64,000 nt of DNA, from the IMG/VR virus record IMGVR_UViG_3300042975_000037; one strand, given 5' to 3'. This document shows, one piece after another, positions 60,601 through 64,000 of this stretch. The notes under the pieces were generated by a model. It did no database searches and had not been told where the DNA came from. It was given only the letters and a program-made list of their open reading frames with translations. Every line of letters starts with the position of its first letter. Positions within the stretch are counted from its first letter, which is position 1. The translations under genes and the position numbers were made by a program. This DNA comes from an uncultured virus (IMG/VR IMGVR_UViG_3300042975_000037). Lineage: Duplodnaviria; Heunggongvirae; Uroviricota; Caudoviricetes.

Positions 60601-63478
60601 AGGTGCGTCGGGACAAACTTCTTACTTCCATATCAAGTACAGTAATTCCTCTGACGGCTCAAACATGAATGAAACCGGAGGCATGTACATCGGAACTTAT
60701 GTTGACTTCACGCAAGCAGATTCAACAGATAAGACCAAATACACGTGGGTATTGGTTAAGGGTGCACAGGGCGTACAAGGCAACCAAGGTATAGCAGGAG
60801 CGAATGGTTCGAATGGTCAGACATCGTATTTGCATATAGCTTACGCAGACAGCTCGGATGGCAAGACAAACTTCAACCAGACATCGGGTACTTATATCGG
60901 CCAGTACGTTGATTTTACACAGGCGGATTCTACCGATTATACTAAGTATAATTGGACTTTAATAAAGGGAGAAAAGGGTAACACCGGAGCCACTGGTGCC
61001 ACTGGTCCTACCGGTCCCAAGGGAGCCACTGGAGCGACAGGACCACAGGGACCAAAGGGAGATACGGGCAATGACGGTATAGCCGGCAAGGATGGGGTAG
61101 GCATCAAGTCTACAACCATCACCTATGCTGTATCGAACAGTGGAACGTCAGCGCCTACGAGTGGGTGGAGCCCGAGTGTACCTTCAGCCAGTCCCGGGCA
61201 GTATCTATGGACCAAGACCATTTGGGGGTATACTGACAATACGAATGAGACGGGTTATAGCGTAGCACGTTACGGCAGCAATGGTGCACAGGGCCCTAAG
61301 GGTAACACCGGAGCCACTGGTGCAACAGGTGCTACTGGCCCCAAGGGAGCCACTGGAGCGACAGGACCACAGGGACCAAAGGGAGATACGGGCAATGACG
61401 GTATAGCCGGCAAGGATGGGGTAGGCATCAAGTCTACAACCATCACCTATGCTGTATCGAACAGTGGAACGTCAGCGCCTACGAGTGGGTGGAGCCCGAG
61501 TGTACCTTCAGCCAGTCCCGGGCAGTATCTATGGACCAAGACCATTTGGGGGTATACTGACAATACGAATGAGACGGGTTATAGCGTAGCACGTTACGGC
61601 AGCAATGGTGCACAGGGCCCTAAGGGTAACACCGGAGCCACTGGTGCAACAGGTGCTACTGGCCCCAAGGGAGCCACTGGAGCGACAGGACCACAGGGAC
61701 CAAAGGGAGATACGGGCAATGACGGTATAGCCGGCAAGGATGGGGTAGGCATCAAGTCTACAACCATCACCTATGCTGTATCGAACAGTGGAACGTCAGC
61801 GCCTACGAGTGGGTGGAGCCCGAGTGTACCTTCAGCCAGTCCCGGGCAGTATCTATGGACCAAGACCATTTGGGGGTATACTGACAATACGAATGAGACG
61901 GGTTATAGCGTAGCACGTTACGGCAGCAATGGTGCACAGGGCCCTAAGGGTAACACCGGAGCCACTGGTGCAACAGGTGCTACTGGCCCCAAGGGAGCCA
62001 CTGGAGCGACAGGACCACAGGGACCAAAGGGAGATACGGGCAATGACGGTATAGCCGGCAAGGATGGGGTAGGCATCAAGTCTACAACCATCACCTATGC
62101 TGTATCGAACAGTGGAACGTCAGCGCCTACGAGTGGGTGGAGCCCGAGTGTACCTTCAGCCAGTCCCGGGCAGTATCTATGGACCAAGACCATTTGGGGG
62201 TATACTGACAATACGAATGAGACGGGTTATAGCGTAGCACGTTACGGCAGCAATGGTGCACAGGGCCCTAAGGGTAACACCGGAGCCACTGGTGCAACAG
62301 GTGCTACTGGCCCCAAGGGAGCCACTGGAGCGACAGGACCACAGGGACCTACAGGCAATACTGGAGCTGCTGGACCGCAAGGACCACAGGGGCCACAGGG
62401 AACAGGTGTATCATCAGTTCGCAGATGGTACTACCTCGGCACTTCAGCACCGGGCAAACCTACAACTTCTACTCCTTCAAGTTCCTGGACTACTACTGAA
62501 CCAGCATACGCAGCCGGGAAAGTACTTTATTATACTGACGAAGTTACTTATACTAATGGTAGTTTTGCTTACTCTAATGTGGCCGTTTATTCCGCTTATA
62601 CCGCAGCAACGACTGCGCAGGATAACCTTGCCAGAGGATTGGGCTATAGCAGCTACTCCGATATGTACTCGAAAGCTATAGCCAACGGCAATACTATCGT
62701 AAGCGGAGGATATGTCAGAACTTCTTTGTTAGATGTCAAGGCTATTGTCGCACAAGGATTACAGGCGCAGACCATAGATGCAAAGAATGCAACAATCAAC
62801 AATCTCACTGTCAATAATGCCAATGTAACAGGAAAAGTAATGGCTACCAGTGGAAATATTGGTAAATGGAGCATATCTGCAAAAGGCGGATTAGTTAATA
62901 CTGATGGTAAAGCTTATCTATGTGCTCAGTATAAGGATTGTAGTTTGACAATATCTAATACTAGTGCACATCCTATAATATATGGTGGTGATGCAATACA
63001 AATGCCTTCAAATACTGACTTTGTTTGTATAAAAAATGATGATCCGGCAGCTAATGCTTTACATGTAATAGGATCCAGTAGTTTTGACAACACTATGCGT
63101 ATTGCCAAACCAGCATTTACTACGAAGTATATATCTAATTCTGATGGTGGTGGAAAGATTGGAACAGATGTAACTGCACAGCAAGATGGTACATCCGGAA
63201 TATTTACATTCGGATTATGGCCTTCAGTTATAATTTGTAATAATGATAATACTGATATTGGATTATCACTTCCTGCAAATGTTGAAAACGGGCAGATGTG
63301 TATTATATATACTACTGGAAGGCAAATTTGGCTGTCCTCATGGGCTTCTGGAGGAATGAATTATTCTGATAGCTGGAAAAGATATAATGAATCAGTGCAT
63401 GTAGCAAGTTATACATGCGTATTTTGTGTTTACTCTTCAGGAGCACAGAGGTGGACCTGCCGTGATACAAGGCAATAA
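57605..63478 (+). CDS. tail tip / host-specificity fibre protein with collagen-like and tandem repeats (~1957 aa)
   Basis: N-terminal tail-tip region, G-x-y runs, repeated [21 protein letters not shown] modules; ATG at 57605 follows the late promoter. Confidence 0.85.
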   Translation: MDIYGIDDKVILSAILTKDAEHEEEMMKSDFVKLSWKSANKVRLPAGSYIVPFSDGLKYRLFKPYEPEQTDSATWKYEPQFQHPKMWLSKLPFTSTVPDTDNTTHEQLEWSYTGILTTLLQKVCDFINNLFGLSGDDKFTYTIVGNADTTVSLSCSNVDVLSALSSIASACKDYTCEWHLDWNNKALYFGQIAYNNGEGTTPVLKVGDNVEKTSVNRPSEGYYNVFRPQGSTKNMSKRLDTGENVSSSLRLELNKKDYPDGVIDMRTDPKEPKMELGLIFDDDYPHVDLYAYNVRKRTMYIKDTSTGKYMKDSAGNYILKTIWYMRLAYPTYDTDGKVTGWTDYVVDKKQVLAGYTLCGTFKANTHDGALASTLVGLPSNADGFEIKYHDGAETIYPNTTSGDSGMDVLLGDYEIMPVTAGNDSTFVPSNESDALIPRGESTPSLKGNIVVLYNIAMGDAEIASAQDDLKNDALKKIAQKRADQNNYTFSSDPTVFEKSNPGLYIGRTVTYNDNNGYTLSTRVLKLVTKLDHPYEQEITVGNQRINGPVTQLKEDVKTVLSGDWEGAGLNPTQVKNLISNYTSIRYLSKTTDDTAAGNIKFLKGLQIGDTFTSGSEGGVFRKDADGKTYIEVDKAYIRTKAIFDTLEIRKFEGASGNRIMSDAKMKCTRVENVTETDNSAAYRCYFKGSDGDDTISNDFVVGDLAFCKKQTAGSTHYFWRKVVAVGTAVNANNELYIDLSNVSGEYDTDSDAPLVQDDIIQLGNVSDSTRQGAIIEYTSGEDSPSYKIYQGIKTFSLAGCDILSMGYNSATGKACMRVYGEAYIGAKDKKSYIEFDGTAVKIVGDVSMSTVDDSGGNSTPIATAINNAQKNATDAKKAAGNAVTNTTSEYAQSDSATTAPTSGWSTTSPTWKQGYYIWVRTTIKYGDGTSNTLDPVVLTGNTGGIGPVGPTGPKGDTGATGPQGPKGNTGAQGIQGLQGLQGDKGDQGIKGEKGDTGATGASGQTSYFHIKYSNSSDGSNMNETGGMYIGTYVDFTQADSTDKTKYTWVLVKGAQGVQGNQGIAGANGSNGQTSYLHIAYADSSDGKTNFNQTSGTYIGQYVDFTQADSTDYTKYNWTLIKGEKGNTGATGATGPTGPKGATGATGPQGPKGDTGNDGIAGKDGVGIKSTTITYAVSNSGTSAPTSGWSPSVPSASPGQYLWTKTIWGYTDNTNETGYSVARYGSNGAQGPKGNTGATGATGATGPKGATGATGPQGPKGDTGNDGIAGKDGVGIKSTTITYAVSNSGTSAPTSGWSPSVPSASPGQYLWTKTIWGYTDNTNETGYSVARYGSNGAQGPKGNTGATGATGATGPKGATGATGPQGPKGDTGNDGIAGKDGVGIKSTTITYAVSNSGTSAPTSGWSPSVPSASPGQYLWTKTIWGYTDNTNETGYSVARYGSNGAQGPKGNTGATGATGATGPKGATGATGPQGPKGDTGNDGIAGKDGVGIKSTTITYAVSNSGTSAPTSGWSPSVPSASPGQYLWTKTIWGYTDNTNETGYSVARYGSNGAQGPKGNTGATGATGATGPKGATGATGPQGPTGNTGAAGPQGPQGPQGTGVSSVRRWYYLGTSAPGKPTTSTPSSSWTTTEPAYAAGKVLYYTDEVTYTNGSFAYSNVAVYSAYTAATTAQDNLARGLGYSSYSDMYSKAIANGNTIVSGGYVRTSLLDVKAIVAQGLQAQTIDAKNATINNLTVNNANVTGKVMATSGNIGKWSISAKGGLVNTDGKAYLCAQYKDCSLTISNTSAHPIIYGGDAIQMPSNTDFVCIKNDDPAANALHVIGSSSFDNTMRIAKPAFTTKYISNSDGGGKIGTDVTAQQDGTSGIFTFGLWPSVIICNNDNTDIGLSLPANVENGQMCIIYTTGRQIWLSSWASGGMNYSDSWKRYNESVHVASYTCVFCVYSSGAQRWTCRDTRQ
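60974..62349 (+). repeat. 324-bp (108-aa) tandem repeat, 4 full copies plus a partial copy
   Basis: AAGGGTAACACCGGAGCC recurs at 60974, 61298, 61622, 61946 and 62270. Confidence 0.95.
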
Positions 63479-63500
63479 TAATTTAAATAATATAATAATT

Positions 63501-63824
63501 ATGACAATAGATTTTACAAAAGTCCCAGTAGAGGACATTGAGGGGAAAACAGTTTATTTGGATATTACTATTATTCCTCAAGAAACGGAATCAGATAGGA
63601 AAGAAAATAAGATTCCAAGAAGTATTCTGCAAAATTTCTCAAATCATATATATTTTACAGCAAGAGATCAGGGGGAACAGAATGTGGCAAAAAAGATGTT
63701 TGCAAATCAAGTAGAAGAATATTCAGAGGAAGAAGTTAGAATAATGAGGAAATATGTAAATACCTTCTTTATTGCCTTATGGTTAAGAAAAGGTATTTAT
63801 AAAATTTTAGATAAAAAGAAATAA
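63501..63824 (+). CDS. hypothetical tail-associated protein
   Basis: MTIDFTKVPVEDIEG..EYSEEEVRIM; follows the fibre gene. Confidence 0.6.
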   Translation: MTIDFTKVPVEDIEGKTVYLDITIIPQETESDRKENKIPRSILQNFSNHIYFTARDQGEQNVAKKMFANQVEEYSEEEVRIMRKYVNTFFIALWLRKGIYKILDKKK

Positions 63825-63826
63825 AG

Positions 63827-64000
63827 ATGCGTGTACCTAAATCAGTAGTAAACATAGCTTCGAGTCTGATCACTCCGGTGGCCATAGCTTTCTTGCAAAA
63901 CAGTATTACAGTCATGATACCGTGGTTGATCACGATGTTGACAGTCGTACTGGCTGACCTTGTGGCTGGTGTCAGAAAGGCTATGAAGATGGGAGTGCAC
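63827..64000 (+). CDS. holin, truncated by the window end
   Basis: MRVPK..PWLITMLTVVLADLVAGVRKA; hydrophobic, with a DL..G..KA holin-like motif. Confidence 0.65.
   Translation, partial: MRVPKSVVNIASSLITPVAIAFLQNSITVMIPWLITMLTVVLADLVAGVRKAMKMGVH

Larger units (their letters stand above)
17367..64000. mobile_element. prophage (siphovirus-type, Bacteroidales); right end and integrase lie outside the window
   Basis: att-like tRNA fragment followed by repressor, recombination, replication, terminase, portal, capsid, tail, fibre and holin in canonical order. Confidence 0.95.

Noticed and set aside
60974..62349. CRISPR array or DGR template/variable repeat
   Set aside because: The repeats are contiguous in-frame coding units without spacers or adenine-specific differences, and no reverse transcriptase is present in the window.

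Overview
Bacteroidales (Prevotella-like: TAnnTTTG promoter boxes, AT-rich translation starts) chromosomal segment with two parts. (1) 1-~17.3 kb is an AT-rich accessory/defence island: the end of a SIR2-family gene, a YeeA/YeeB/YeeC-type operon (MmeI-like methyltransferase, SF2 helicase, GIY-YIG/T5orf172 nuclease apparently fused to an ASCH domain), a second SIR2 protein, membrane proteins, a KAP NTPase, a glycosylase-like gene and decayed remnants. (2) From a tRNA-His 3' fragment (att site, ~17.37 kb) to the window end runs a siphovirus-type prophage: cI repressor, recombination/replication genes, a tRNA-Leu plus tRNA-like RNAs, packaging, head, tail, a 1957-aa tail tip/fibre with four 324-bp tandem repeats, and a truncated holin. 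Three intact IS elements with target-site duplications interrupt it. The most notable signals are: an unannotated 57-aa Arg/Gly-rich peptide ending in Gly-Gly coupled to a PP-loop (PAPS-reductase-family) enzyme and a ParB/Srx protein at the head of the packaging operon; a repeated late-promoter architecture (TACTTACA-N10-TGTAAGTA, then exactly 40 nt, then the -7 box), one copy of which is split by an ISL3; kissing-loop and multi-stem non-coding RNA candidates; a stand-alone dsRNA-binding-domain protein; and a phage ASCH protein closely resembling the ASCH domain of the neighbouring host nuclease. At least six single-base frameshifts suggest residual sequencing indels. All family calls are by motif recognition; no searches were run.
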